Made by a program: the position numbers and the translations under genes
In this document: positions 53,798-62,307 of the stretch, in pieces
How positions within the stretch are numbered: the stretch's first letter is position 1
Layout: each line of letters starts with the position of its first letter
Source of the DNA: Candidatus Falkowbacteria bacterium
GTDB taxonomy: Bacteria; Patescibacteriota; Patescibacteriia; Patescibacteriales; GWE2-39-37
Assembly (NCBI GenBank): GCA_013336275.1
Contig: JAAXUA010000003.1
Coordinates: 2,698-66,697, forward strand
Length of the DNA stretch: 64,000 nucleotides
Direction: 5' to 3'
Notes under the pieces: generated by a model
What the model saw: only the letters and a program-made list of their open reading frames with translations
What the model was told of the DNA's origin: nothing
The model's database searches: none

Positions 53798-55744
53798 CTA
53801 ACTTGCCCCTCCACCACCTCCACCACCTCCACCACCGGCCCCTCCACCGCCTGCGCCGCCACTGGCGCCAGAAGAAGCGAAGGCGCTGGAAAACGAAGCG
53901 CCAAAACTCGAGCTGAATGAAGAAGGGGAAAAGTTGGTAGCCGAAGAGCTGTTGTGATAGTGACTGCCGACATACCAGGCCGGGGCAGCGACTGTTATTC
54001 CCGCAAAAGCCTTGGCCCACTGTTTTTCGACTTTAAAAACGATTGCGTAGGGTAGGTACTTTTCGAAGATGTCCGGAGTCAGGTTCTGCATCCGATATCT
54101 CTCTGCTACCTCTAGGTACATCTTGAAGCCTAGCCAATCTTCTCGCAGAATCCTGCCTTTTTCATTCAGTCTGGCTTCGTACTTTACGAAAGCGAACAAG
54201 CAAGCGGCCGAAATAACTAAAGCCCCCAAAAGGTCGAAGGTCTGATTGGCAAACAGATTGATTTCGGCCTTGTCAGAAAAATACAAGGCGACGAATAACG
54301 CGATAAAAACTCCCTTGAATATATTACGGCCTTTCTTTTCCAAAGAAACTCCGCGCTCATAAGCTCCCGTATCCATTTCAGTTTCCCTGTACAGTGATTG
54401 TTTGAAGCCGTCAAGGAGTTCTTTGAAATCTTTTTTGGTCTGATTGCCGCTATTTCTCAATTTTTTGGTCGAAAACTTGCCATCAAAAATAAGCAGCAAA
54501 CGAAGATATTTTTTCTCATATTTTTCCAGGTCCTCTGCCTGCTCATAATCCTTGATCGGCGTAACTATATAATCGGTGGTCCCTACCAAGGCCAAGACCA
54601 GCAAAAAAGCGAAGCATGCGGGCAGCAGTAGCATAAACCAGACTTGGTCTAATTGGACGGCCAAGACTGCTGCGGCAACAAGAAATAGAAAGGTCAAGGG
54701 CACCGCCGACTTGAGCGATGCTTTGGAGGCAATTTTTTTCAACCACCAGATTCTCGATGGTTCCTCCTCGATTTTTAGATACCCCCTGACCGCCAAATCG
54801 ATAATAGTCGCAGCTAACCCCTTATCAGTCACCTCCTCTTTGACAAGCACCTCGGCCATAGCCGGTCGAATATTTTCAGGTGGGGCATATTGAGGAACAA
54901 TGGTTCCGCGTCCTTTTTTTGACCCTTCGGTGGAGTACCAATATGCTAACCCCGCTATCAAGCTGATAAGCAAGATTAGTCCGGAACCGACATATCCATA
55001 ATTTAGCCCCAACCAGCTTATCCAGAAATCAAATTTGCTGACATGGCCTGCCGGGAACCCAGCGTCGATAGTAAAGGCCTCTTTGGGCGCGAAATCCTTA
55101 GCGATAAATTGGGCTGTCCAAAAATTCATGTCCTTGGACACCTCGACGTTCTTGCCCGCCGCTCCTCTGTAGGCGAAAAGACGCTCTTTTCCGGCGTCGC
55201 CCCCAGTAGGCAGGCTCAATCTGACGACAACCTCTTTGATCGGAACGACATACTTATCAGTAAAAACGTTCCAATAAAGGCGGTCTTCTTTCTGACCGAA
55301 ACTTACAGCGCCTATTATCCTGTATTTGATAATCCAGCCATGAGTCGTGTCCGTTTCATTATAATACCAGATAATATTAGTCGCATTGTCTGTATCTTCA
55401 TATGTAAACTTTCCCCAGCTCGATGGAGCCAATTTGTCCAATTTGCCATTTACATATTGGAGCGGGCGCTTCGTTTCGCCGTCAAAAACCTGCACATCGG
55501 TAATTCCTGAAATCTTTTCGTGAGGAATAGTGCGCCAAGCTTCATGGTATGAACCGACAAAATTAAAGGTCTGTGTTTCAGTGACCTCCAGGGACGAGTC
55601 TTGCTTAGCCACTATATCGGCTTCAATCCTATCATAACTATAAGACCGGGCATCTTGCGCTGAAGCTGTCTTGTTGTAAAAAATAAAAAGCACTACCAAA
55701 AACAGGCGTGCACACGAACGCATGAGCGATTTTTTGTTGAGCAT
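53798..55744 (-). CDS. DUF2207-like membrane protein with C-terminal poly-Gly tail
   Basis: The start is set at MLNKKSL (signal peptide). A large N-terminal ectodomain is followed by several TM helices, ending GGAGGGGAGGGGGGGGGGAS, encoded partly by (CCTCCACCA)x3 at 53808-53834. Confidence 0.6.
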   Translation of the reverse strand: MLNKKSLMRSCARLFLVVLFIFYNKTASAQDARSYSYDRIEADIVAKQDSSLEVTETQTFNFVGSYHEAWRTIPHEKISGITDVQVFDGETKRPLQYVNGKLDKLAPSSWGKFTYEDTDNATNIIWYYNETDTTHGWIIKYRIIGAVSFGQKEDRLYWNVFTDKYVVPIKEVVVRLSLPTGGDAGKERLFAYRGAAGKNVEVSKDMNFWTAQFIAKDFAPKEAFTIDAGFPAGHVSKFDFWISWLGLNYGYVGSGLILLISLIAGLAYWYSTEGSKKGRGTIVPQYAPPENIRPAMAEVLVKEEVTDKGLAATIIDLAVRGYLKIEEEPSRIWWLKKIASKASLKSAVPLTFLFLVAAAVLAVQLDQVWFMLLLPACFAFLLVLALVGTTDYIVTPIKDYEQAEDLEKYEKKYLRLLLIFDGKFSTKKLRNSGNQTKKDFKELLDGFKQSLYRETEMDTGAYERGVSLEKKGRNIFKGVFIALFVALYFSDKAEINLFANQTFDLLGALVISAACLFAFVKYEARLNEKGRILREDWLGFKMYLEVAERYRMQNLTPDIFEKYLPYAIVFKVEKQWAKAFAGITVAAPAWYVGSHYHNSSSATNFSPSSFSSSFGASFSSAFASSGASGGAGGGGAGGGGGGGGGGAS

Positions 55745-55758
55745 ATTTCGAAGCTTAA

Positions 55759-57003
55759 TCAAAAGCTGGGATTGGGAAAACGCGAGCAGAGCGCCTTGAC
55801 CTCTTCTCTCAGTGACTCGAGCTTTGATTCGTCGTTGCGTGCCGCTAGGGCAGCAACGATCCATCCTGCGATCCTGCGAGCCTCATCTTCCTTCATTCCG
55901 CGCGTGGTTATGGCAGGTGTGCCTAGGCGGATACCAGAGGGATTCATCGGCGGATTCGGGTCAAAAGGAACTGTGGAGCGAGAGGTTGAGACGCCGATTT
56001 TATCAAGAATAATTTCGGCTTCTTTGCCGGCCAGGCCCTGGTTCGTCAGATTAACCACCATCAGGTGATTATCTGTGCCGCCTGACACTATTTCAAGTCC
56101 ACGAGTCATCAGCTCATCAGCCATCGCACGGGCATTGGCGATCACTTGTTTGGAATATTGTTCGAACTCGGGCTGCAATGCCTCAGCAAATGCCACTGCC
56201 TTAGCCGCCGTATTATTGTCATGCGGACCGCCTTGCATTCCCGGAAAAACTGCCCGGTCGATCTGCTTGGCGAATTGCTCTTTGCACATGATCATGGCCC
56301 CGCGCGGACCGCGCAAGGTTTTGTGCGTCGTGGTCGAGACGACATCGAAAATCGGCACGGGGTTTTCCAGCTGCTTACCGGCAATCAGTCCGGCAATGTG
56401 AGCGATGTCAGCAAAGGTGTAGGCGCCGACCTCGTCGGCTATTTCCTTGAATCTCTTCCAATCGAGGTTGCGAGAATAAGCGGAAAAGCCCGCTAAAATC
56501 ATTTTCGGTTTCTCTCGCAAAGCGATTTCCCGAACCATGTCCATATCGATGCGCCCCGACTCCTTATCGACCTCATACTGCACGAAATTATATAGCATGC
56601 CGGAAAAATTTACCGGGTGACCGTGAGACAAGTGTCCGCCGTGGTCAAGCTTCAGGCCCAATACCGTATCGCCTGGCTTAAGCAAGGCAAAATATACTGC
56701 CGCATTGGCTGGCGAACCGGATAACGGTTGCACGTTGACATGTTCGGCGCCGAACAACTCTTTGGCTCGAGCAATGGCCAGTTCTTCGATCGTATCGACA
56801 TTTTCGTTGCCTGAATAATAGCGCTTTCCCGAATAGCCCTCGCTGTATTTGTTGGTGAATATGGAGCCCAAAGCTTCTTGTACGGCCACCGAAACGTAAT
56901 TTTCACTAGCGATCAGTTCGACTCCGTTCGTTTGCCGCTCGACTTCTTTGGCTAGAGCCCCATAGACGGCCGGGTCCTGTTCGGCCAAGATTTTATACTC
57001 CAT
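55759..57003 (-). CDS. glyA: serine hydroxymethyltransferase
   Basis: Full-length SHMT (ELIASENY, TTTHKTLRGPRG). Confidence 0.95.
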   Translation of the reverse strand: MEYKILAEQDPAVYGALAKEVERQTNGVELIASENYVSVAVQEALGSIFTNKYSEGYSGKRYYSGNENVDTIEELAIARAKELFGAEHVNVQPLSGSPANAAVYFALLKPGDTVLGLKLDHGGHLSHGHPVNFSGMLYNFVQYEVDKESGRIDMDMVREIALREKPKMILAGFSAYSRNLDWKRFKEIADEVGAYTFADIAHIAGLIAGKQLENPVPIFDVVSTTTHKTLRGPRGAMIMCKEQFAKQIDRAVFPGMQGGPHDNNTAAKAVAFAEALQPEFEQYSKQVIANARAMADELMTRGLEIVSGGTDNHLMVVNLTNQGLAGKEAEIILDKIGVSTSRSTVPFDPNPPMNPSGIRLGTPAITTRGMKEDEARRIAGWIVAALAARNDESKLESLREEVKALCSRFPNPSF

Positions 57004-57123
57004 ATTTTGGCTAAAATTAATATAATTATCTATATGGTATCGCGATTCGTCGCCTTTGTCAAAAAGAAAGGAGCAGTGGTGTTCTGCTCCTGTTAAGAGA
57101 AATCATTTAAGCTGTTCCTGGAT

Positions 57124-58641
57124 TTACAGCGCGTTTTCCATTTCATTGGCCGCCAAAATGACGGCGTCCCCGATATACTCGGTCGGGTTTTCCATGATGC
57201 GCAGGATGTTTTCCGGCAGGTTTGCTGAAATCCCCGGCTTGAAAAGTTCTGCCGCTGTTCCGAGCGAGCTGTTGTCCAGCAAGGCCCGCGGCACGACTTG
57301 TTCGTTGACGAATTTGTGCGCATCGGGCAGGCCGTTGCGCTGCAACGCCAGGTGCAGCAGTTCGGCCGGCATTACCTTGGCATCTTCCAGGAGGTTTCTG
57401 AGGCAGCGGTCGGGGTCGACCCTGAGATTCTTGAACCACCTCTCAGTGTTTTGCAGCTGCTGATACAGATAAACGATCATTGCGGAGTAACCTCGCATGA
57501 CGCAGCTGCCGCTGATGTCTCGGCCGAAGTCGCTGATGCCATTCATCAGCAGCTTGGTGTACTCGCCCACCATTATGCGGTGCATGCCGTACATGTTTTC
57601 GGCAGTAACCGGATTCGACCGTTTGTGCGACATGGTCGAGGACTTCGAGCCGACGCTTTCCAGCTCCCGGTAAGCCGAGCTCTGCAGCTGCCGCGCATCG
57701 TCACCCAGGTTGCCCAGGGAAATAGAGGTGTACACCAGCTCGTGATATGCCCGCCCGAGACTTTCCGGCTGGACGATCTGCGTACTGATCGGACACTTGA
57801 CCAACCCGAGCCGGGAGAGGACCATATCCTCGCCTTCGGTCGTGCTGAGCAATTCAAGTTGAGCTGCCCTGGTTCCGACGGCACCGGAAAACTTTCCTTC
57901 AACCAGAAAGGCCATGTCCTGAGCTCTGCCGCAGTTGCTAGCGAAACGGTTATGCCGCTCGGCCAGCCAGAAACCGAATGTGATCGGCAGCGCGTTCATC
58001 AAGTGGGTTCGTCCGGTTTGCGGCGTATCCGTGTGCTCGCCGATAGCCATGCGCCAATGATAACTGACTTGCTGCATCTTCGGATAGACGACATCCAGGA
58101 AGCACGCTTGGTACTGCAATGCATAGGCGCAACAGATCTTGTCGTACGAGGTGGCGGCGAAATGGCGCCAGCGCCGCAAAGGCTCGGGCAGCAGCTGATC
58201 CATCAGGAAGAGTAGTGCGTTGATATCGTGCCCTGTTCCTTCGCCCTGATACGCCCCGATGCCTTTTTCCTTGTCATCCATCATCTTGGTGGTGATGCTC
58301 TTCAACAGCAAATGGAGCAGCTCGGGTGTGAGGAGGGCGATAGTGCTGTCCGGCATGCGATCTTGCGGCCGGTCATACATACCCTCCAAGGACATCTGGG
58401 CCAGCGTCTCAAGCCAAGCCCACTCAACCAGAATGAGCCACCCGGCCCACTGGTCATACCCCAGATACGGCTTGAGCTCTTTCGGCTGATAACGCCCGCC
58501 TTCGCCTGGCATCGTCAGATTCCGCCCCTTCAAATCCATGGTTGTCAGAAATTTAATGCCATCGTTGATTGATGCGCCTCTTTTCGCCGTCATGACTTTT
58601 TGCGGGTTGATTTCCGGCACCTTGACCAATTCCTGTTTCAT
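57124..58641 (-). CDS. fumarate-lyase superfamily protein, adenylosuccinate lyase-like (divergent)
   Basis: The start is set at MKQELVKV (AGGAGG upstream). GRTHLMNALPITFG, GKFSGAVGT, ISTQIV and the signature-loop region GSKSSTMSHKRSNPVTAEN. Confidence 0.65.
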   Translation of the reverse strand: MKQELVKVPEINPQKVMTAKRGASINDGIKFLTTMDLKGRNLTMPGEGGRYQPKELKPYLGYDQWAGWLILVEWAWLETLAQMSLEGMYDRPQDRMPDSTIALLTPELLHLLLKSITTKMMDDKEKGIGAYQGEGTGHDINALLFLMDQLLPEPLRRWRHFAATSYDKICCAYALQYQACFLDVVYPKMQQVSYHWRMAIGEHTDTPQTGRTHLMNALPITFGFWLAERHNRFASNCGRAQDMAFLVEGKFSGAVGTRAAQLELLSTTEGEDMVLSRLGLVKCPISTQIVQPESLGRAYHELVYTSISLGNLGDDARQLQSSAYRELESVGSKSSTMSHKRSNPVTAENMYGMHRIMVGEYTKLLMNGISDFGRDISGSCVMRGYSAMIVYLYQQLQNTERWFKNLRVDPDRCLRNLLEDAKVMPAELLHLALQRNGLPDAHKFVNEQVVPRALLDNSSLGTAAELFKPGISANLPENILRIMENPTEYIGDAVILAANEMENAL

Positions 58642-58710
58642 CGATTGATTCCTCCTGTTTGGATAATGTGCAAAATTACCCAAACCTTACGGTAAAAACG
58701 CCTTTTTGTC

Positions 58711-58746
58711 AAAAAAGAAAAAGAGGAGTTTGCATCCTCTTTTTTT
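58711..58746 (-). terminator. rho-independent terminator
   Basis: An AGAGGA / TCCTCT stem flanked by long A- and T-runs. It is followed on the minus strand by a TTGACA-17-TAAGGT promoter (58684-58712). Confidence 0.65.
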
Positions 58747-58782
58747 ATATTGCCGACCTAAAATTTCTACCACTTCCCTGAA

Positions 58783-59379
58783 TCAACGAGGGCTTTTAAG
58801 CTTGCTGTATGTCATCCGCTTCAACCCGGCCCACCAATCATAAAAATTAGTCTTTTTCATCTGTCTTACCAGCAATTTGGCCGATTTAGTTTCGACGGCT
58901 CGTTCGACGTTCTTGATCCAGTCAACCGCTGAAACATGGCCGGTATCACAATACTCTTTGGCCTGGAATGCCGTCTCAAGCCAGTCGGCGTCTTTGGCAA
59001 CGACACCTTCCTTGGTCGTTCTCTCTTCAAATTCTTCAAAATATTCTAACCATTTTTTCTCGATTTCTTTACCCAGCCCCTCAAGCTGATCCTTAAAAGC
59101 TTTGAACTCACCCTCTTTTTTAGAAAAATATCTAGCTGACACTTTATTTTGGTCCCCAGTTCTGGCCTCCGCGTTATCATGTATCAAAAGCATGCAAGCC
59201 ACCTTCTCCGGGTCAGCACCCTCTAATACTGCCAGGATATACCCAATCTGGGCAGCGCGCAGCTGATGTTCAGCAACTGACGGCGGCTGAGCAATACCGG
59301 CCAAAAACCAGCCAGAATGCCGCTGGCGCTTCAGTTGATTCAACTCGAAAATGAAATTCACGACCTTCTTTTCATTCAT
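58783..59379 (-). CDS. HD-domain phosphohydrolase (YfbR-like 5'-nucleotidase)
   Basis: SVAEHQLRAA and LIHDNAEARTGD (H...HD...D). Confidence 0.75.
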   Translation of the reverse strand: MNEKKVVNFIFELNQLKRQRHSGWFLAGIAQPPSVAEHQLRAAQIGYILAVLEGADPEKVACMLLIHDNAEARTGDQNKVSARYFSKKEGEFKAFKDQLEGLGKEIEKKWLEYFEEFEERTTKEGVVAKDADWLETAFQAKEYCDTGHVSAVDWIKNVERAVETKSAKLLVRQMKKTNFYDWWAGLKRMTYSKLKSPR

Positions 59380-59444
59380 ATTTTTAGCTTATTTGATTTC
59401 TTATCTCCTTTTTGCAGTATAGCACACCGTAAACCCCTGAAAAA

Positions 59445-61034
59445 TCAAGCCGGCAACCTTTTCACCATATAACTTCTTCTCAAGCGATAACCGGTTTTGC
59501 GATAGTAACCGCGGACGCCGACTCCAGCAATCACGGCCATGTTCTTGAAACCGCCAGCCGACGCGTCGGCCTCAGCCTTTTCAAGGAGCCTGCGACCCAA
59601 TCCGCTGTGTTGCGTTTTTTGCTTGCCCCCGATCGGCACGAGCTCTCCATATACGTGCAGCTCGCGAACAATGGCAGTGTCCGGTAAAAAACCGCCGCCG
59701 GTGCCTTCTTTTGCTGGTAAAAACAGTCGGCAAAAGCCGTGCAGCGTCTTGCGGTCCTGGCTTGCGAATTCAATAAACTCTTCCTTGCCTCCGGTAACAT
59801 CATATGACTCCATGCTGAGATTCACGGGGCCATCCGACTGGTCACGGACCTCTCGGCAGCGGATGCAATTGCATGCTACGCCGCGTTGCTGCATCACCTG
59901 TCTCAAATTAGTCACAGTATTACCTGCGATTATCGACTCTCCAGGAATGTCCCGAACAAGCCGGATAATCCTGACATAGTGAGGAATAGCCGCCTTGCAG
60001 TCGACAATCAATCTCTGTAAAACCTTATCGCTGTACGGCTTATACTTCCCTTGGCGCCACCAATCATAAAGCAAGCTTCCCTTTGTCACGACCGTCGGAT
60101 AGAACTTGATCTGATCAGGCTGAAAGCGTTCATCAGAAAAAAGCTGCTTGAACATTTTCAGGTCTTTAGCCGGAGTAGATCCTGGCAGTCCAGGCATCAA
60201 ATGATAAGTTATCTTGAAGCCGAAGCGCCGCAGCAAGGCTGTCGCTGCCGTGACGGCAGCCAAGTCATGTCCTCGCTTGTTCATCTCCAGTATCTTGTCG
60301 TCGATAGCCTGCACGCCCAGCTCGACTCGCGTGCAGCCGAACTCCCGCATTTCTTGAAGCTCGCGCTCATCGATATAGTCCGGCCGCGTTTCTAGAGTCA
60401 GTCCGATGATCCTGTGTTTGGCCGTTTCGTTGCGCCGCTGCTCCACGACAAGCCGTTCCTTCATCCGCCCCAGAGATAATTTCGCCCCACATCTCGCATG
60501 TTGCGTTTTCCGACCGGCCAGACTGAAATTATTAGCCGCCGCATAGCAGTTGAGAATATACCAGTATTTGTACTCGACCGGCAAAACGCTCCAGGTGCCT
60601 CCGATAACTATCAATTCTATCTTGTCCGGCTCATGCCCGTTGGCCATCAAGGCCCTCAGGCGATATTGCACCTGTTTATACGGATCATAGCCGCAATGGA
60701 TGGCGCGCATGACCGCCGGTTCATTGGATAGATAGCTCTGAGGAACGTCCTTTTCCGTCGGGCAATAGGCGCATTTGCCTGGGCAGGCGAAGGGCTTGGT
60801 CAGGACAGCCACCGGCGCGATGCCGGACATAGTCCTGATTGACCGTCGCCGCAACAAGCGCTGTAACTGCTGCGTGTCGGCGTTTCTGGGCAACTCAGCT
60901 AACAGCTCGGTGTTAGTTGGCAGCTCCTTTCCGAATTTCTTGGCCAACCGCCGCTTGAGCGCCATCAACTCTTCTCTGGTCTTTATCTCAGAAGCAAGCA
61001 ATTCATTAACTATCTTTTTATTCAAATTTTCCAT
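59445..61034 (-). CDS. elp3: Elp3-like radical-SAM plus GNAT acetyltransferase
   Basis: The FACPGKCAYCP radical-SAM cluster motif, ELIVIGGTW, and a C-terminal GNAT (HSGLGRRLLEKAE). Length 529 aa, colinear with Elongator subunit 3. Confidence 0.8.
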   Translation of the reverse strand: MENLNKKIVNELLASEIKTREELMALKRRLAKKFGKELPTNTELLAELPRNADTQQLQRLLRRRSIRTMSGIAPVAVLTKPFACPGKCAYCPTEKDVPQSYLSNEPAVMRAIHCGYDPYKQVQYRLRALMANGHEPDKIELIVIGGTWSVLPVEYKYWYILNCYAAANNFSLAGRKTQHARCGAKLSLGRMKERLVVEQRRNETAKHRIIGLTLETRPDYIDERELQEMREFGCTRVELGVQAIDDKILEMNKRGHDLAAVTAATALLRRFGFKITYHLMPGLPGSTPAKDLKMFKQLFSDERFQPDQIKFYPTVVTKGSLLYDWWRQGKYKPYSDKVLQRLIVDCKAAIPHYVRIIRLVRDIPGESIIAGNTVTNLRQVMQQRGVACNCIRCREVRDQSDGPVNLSMESYDVTGGKEEFIEFASQDRKTLHGFCRLFLPAKEGTGGGFLPDTAIVRELHVYGELVPIGGKQKTQHSGLGRRLLEKAEADASAGGFKNMAVIAGVGVRGYYRKTGYRLRRSYMVKRLPA

Positions 61035-61102
61035 GTTTGACTTTTAGCTTTGCTATGATAGGCTTATATTAAGCAAATACTAACCTATTTAACCATAAAA
61101 GC

Positions 61103-62245
61103 ATGACAAAAACAAGCAAAATCATACTGTTTTTGCTCCTAGGACTCTTGGCCTGGCCGGTAACCGCCCTGGCTTTCACCGCCAAGGCGGGCGACTCGGT
61201 CAACCTAGCCAAGGGAGAGGTCATCGACGGCAATCTCTATCTGGCTGGAGCCAACCTGAACATCGAAGGCAAGGTTACCGGCGATGTCATCTGCGCTGGA
61301 CAGACCATCAACATCACCGGCACCGTCCTGGGCGATGTCATCTGCGCTGGACAGACCATCAACATCGGCGGCCAGGTTGCCGGTAACCTGCGCGTCCTAG
61401 CAAGCTCAATCAATCTTACTGGGCAGATCAACAAGAACGCGAATATGGCGGCTGCCTCGATCAACACCAGCGCCAGTTCTTCGATCGGCTGGGAAATGCT
61501 TTTCGCAGCCAGCGTGGCTGAACTGAAAGGGAGTGTTGCTTACGACCTGACCGGTGCAGCCAATTCTGTTACGATTTCTGGGCGAGTAGGCAAAGATGTC
61601 AAACTCAAAATAGACACCCAGCACAACAATAATCCTGGCCTTAAAATAGCAAGCGGAGCGATCATCGACGGCAAAGTATCATACACCGACAAGCAGGATG
61701 CCGTCATAGAGCAGGGCTCAAAAATATCTGGGGAAGTCACCAGAAATCCTGCAAAAATCAGGCAGATCGATCGAAAAAGCATTTTCTTGGCTTGGCTTTG
61801 GGAAAGGTCCATCAGCCTATTCACAGCCATCGCTCTCGGCCTTCTCTTGATCGGACTCTGGCCCAAAGGAATCAACGGCGTAAAAGAACAGCTCATGAAA
61901 TACTACGGCAAGTCATTCGGCTGGGGTTTTGTCGCCCTCTTCCTGACTCCGGTCGCTATCCTCATTCTCCTTGTGTCGATGGTCGGACTCTGGCTAGCGC
62001 TATTGCTGTTCATGGCCTGGTTCATCTCATTGTCCCTAGCAAAAATTCTGGTCATGATCGGCGTCGGCCAATACCTAGTTGAACGCTACGCCAAAAAATA
62101 CGCGCATCGCCCGATGATTACTATGCTTTCGGGCATAGTCGTCTGTTGGCTCATCTTCAGCATTCCGATATTGGGCGGCTTCCTTGCTTTCCTGACCACT
62201 ATTTTCGGCCTTGGCGCAGCTGTCATGCACCTGAAAAATGCTTAA
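61103..62245 (+). CDS. secreted beta-helix (bactofilin/polymer-forming-like repeats) fused to a 4-TM C-terminal domain
   Basis: Signal peptide ...WPVTALAF. Repeats GKVTGDVICAGQTINITGTVLGDVICAGQTINIGGQVAGNL. C-terminal TM helices. Confidence 0.6.
   Translation: MTKTSKIILFLLLGLLAWPVTALAFTAKAGDSVNLAKGEVIDGNLYLAGANLNIEGKVTGDVICAGQTINITGTVLGDVICAGQTINIGGQVAGNLRVLASSINLTGQINKNANMAAASINTSASSSIGWEMLFAASVAELKGSVAYDLTGAANSVTISGRVGKDVKLKIDTQHNNNPGLKIASGAIIDGKVSYTDKQDAVIEQGSKISGEVTRNPAKIRQIDRKSIFLAWLWERSISLFTAIALGLLLIGLWPKGINGVKEQLMKYYGKSFGWGFVALFLTPVAILILLVSMVGLWLALLLFMAWFISLSLAKILVMIGVGQYLVERYAKKYAHRPMITMLSGIVVCWLIFSIPILGGFLAFLTTIFGLGAAVMHLKNA
61280..61366 (+). repeat. exact 36-bp direct duplication, 51-bp period, in frame
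   Basis: GGCGATGTCATCTGCGCTGGACAGACCATCAACATC occurs at 61280-61315 and 61331-61366. Confidence 0.9.
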
Positions 62246-62270
62246 CAAATAACATCTTGCTGCTATAATT

Positions 62271-62296
62271 AAAAGAGGGCGGCTCGCCCTCTTTTA
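62271..62296 (+). terminator. rho-independent terminator
   Basis: An AGAGGGCG / CGCCCTCT stem is followed by a short T-run. Confidence 0.65.
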
Positions 62297-62307
62297 TAAT
62301 TGAACAT

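Noticed and set aside
53703-54020. ORFs giving WRWWRWW and VEVVEVVEG peptides.
   Set aside because: These are alternative-frame readings of the poly-Gly-encoding repeat of the DUF2207-like gene on the same strand, and they overlap the folD 5' end.
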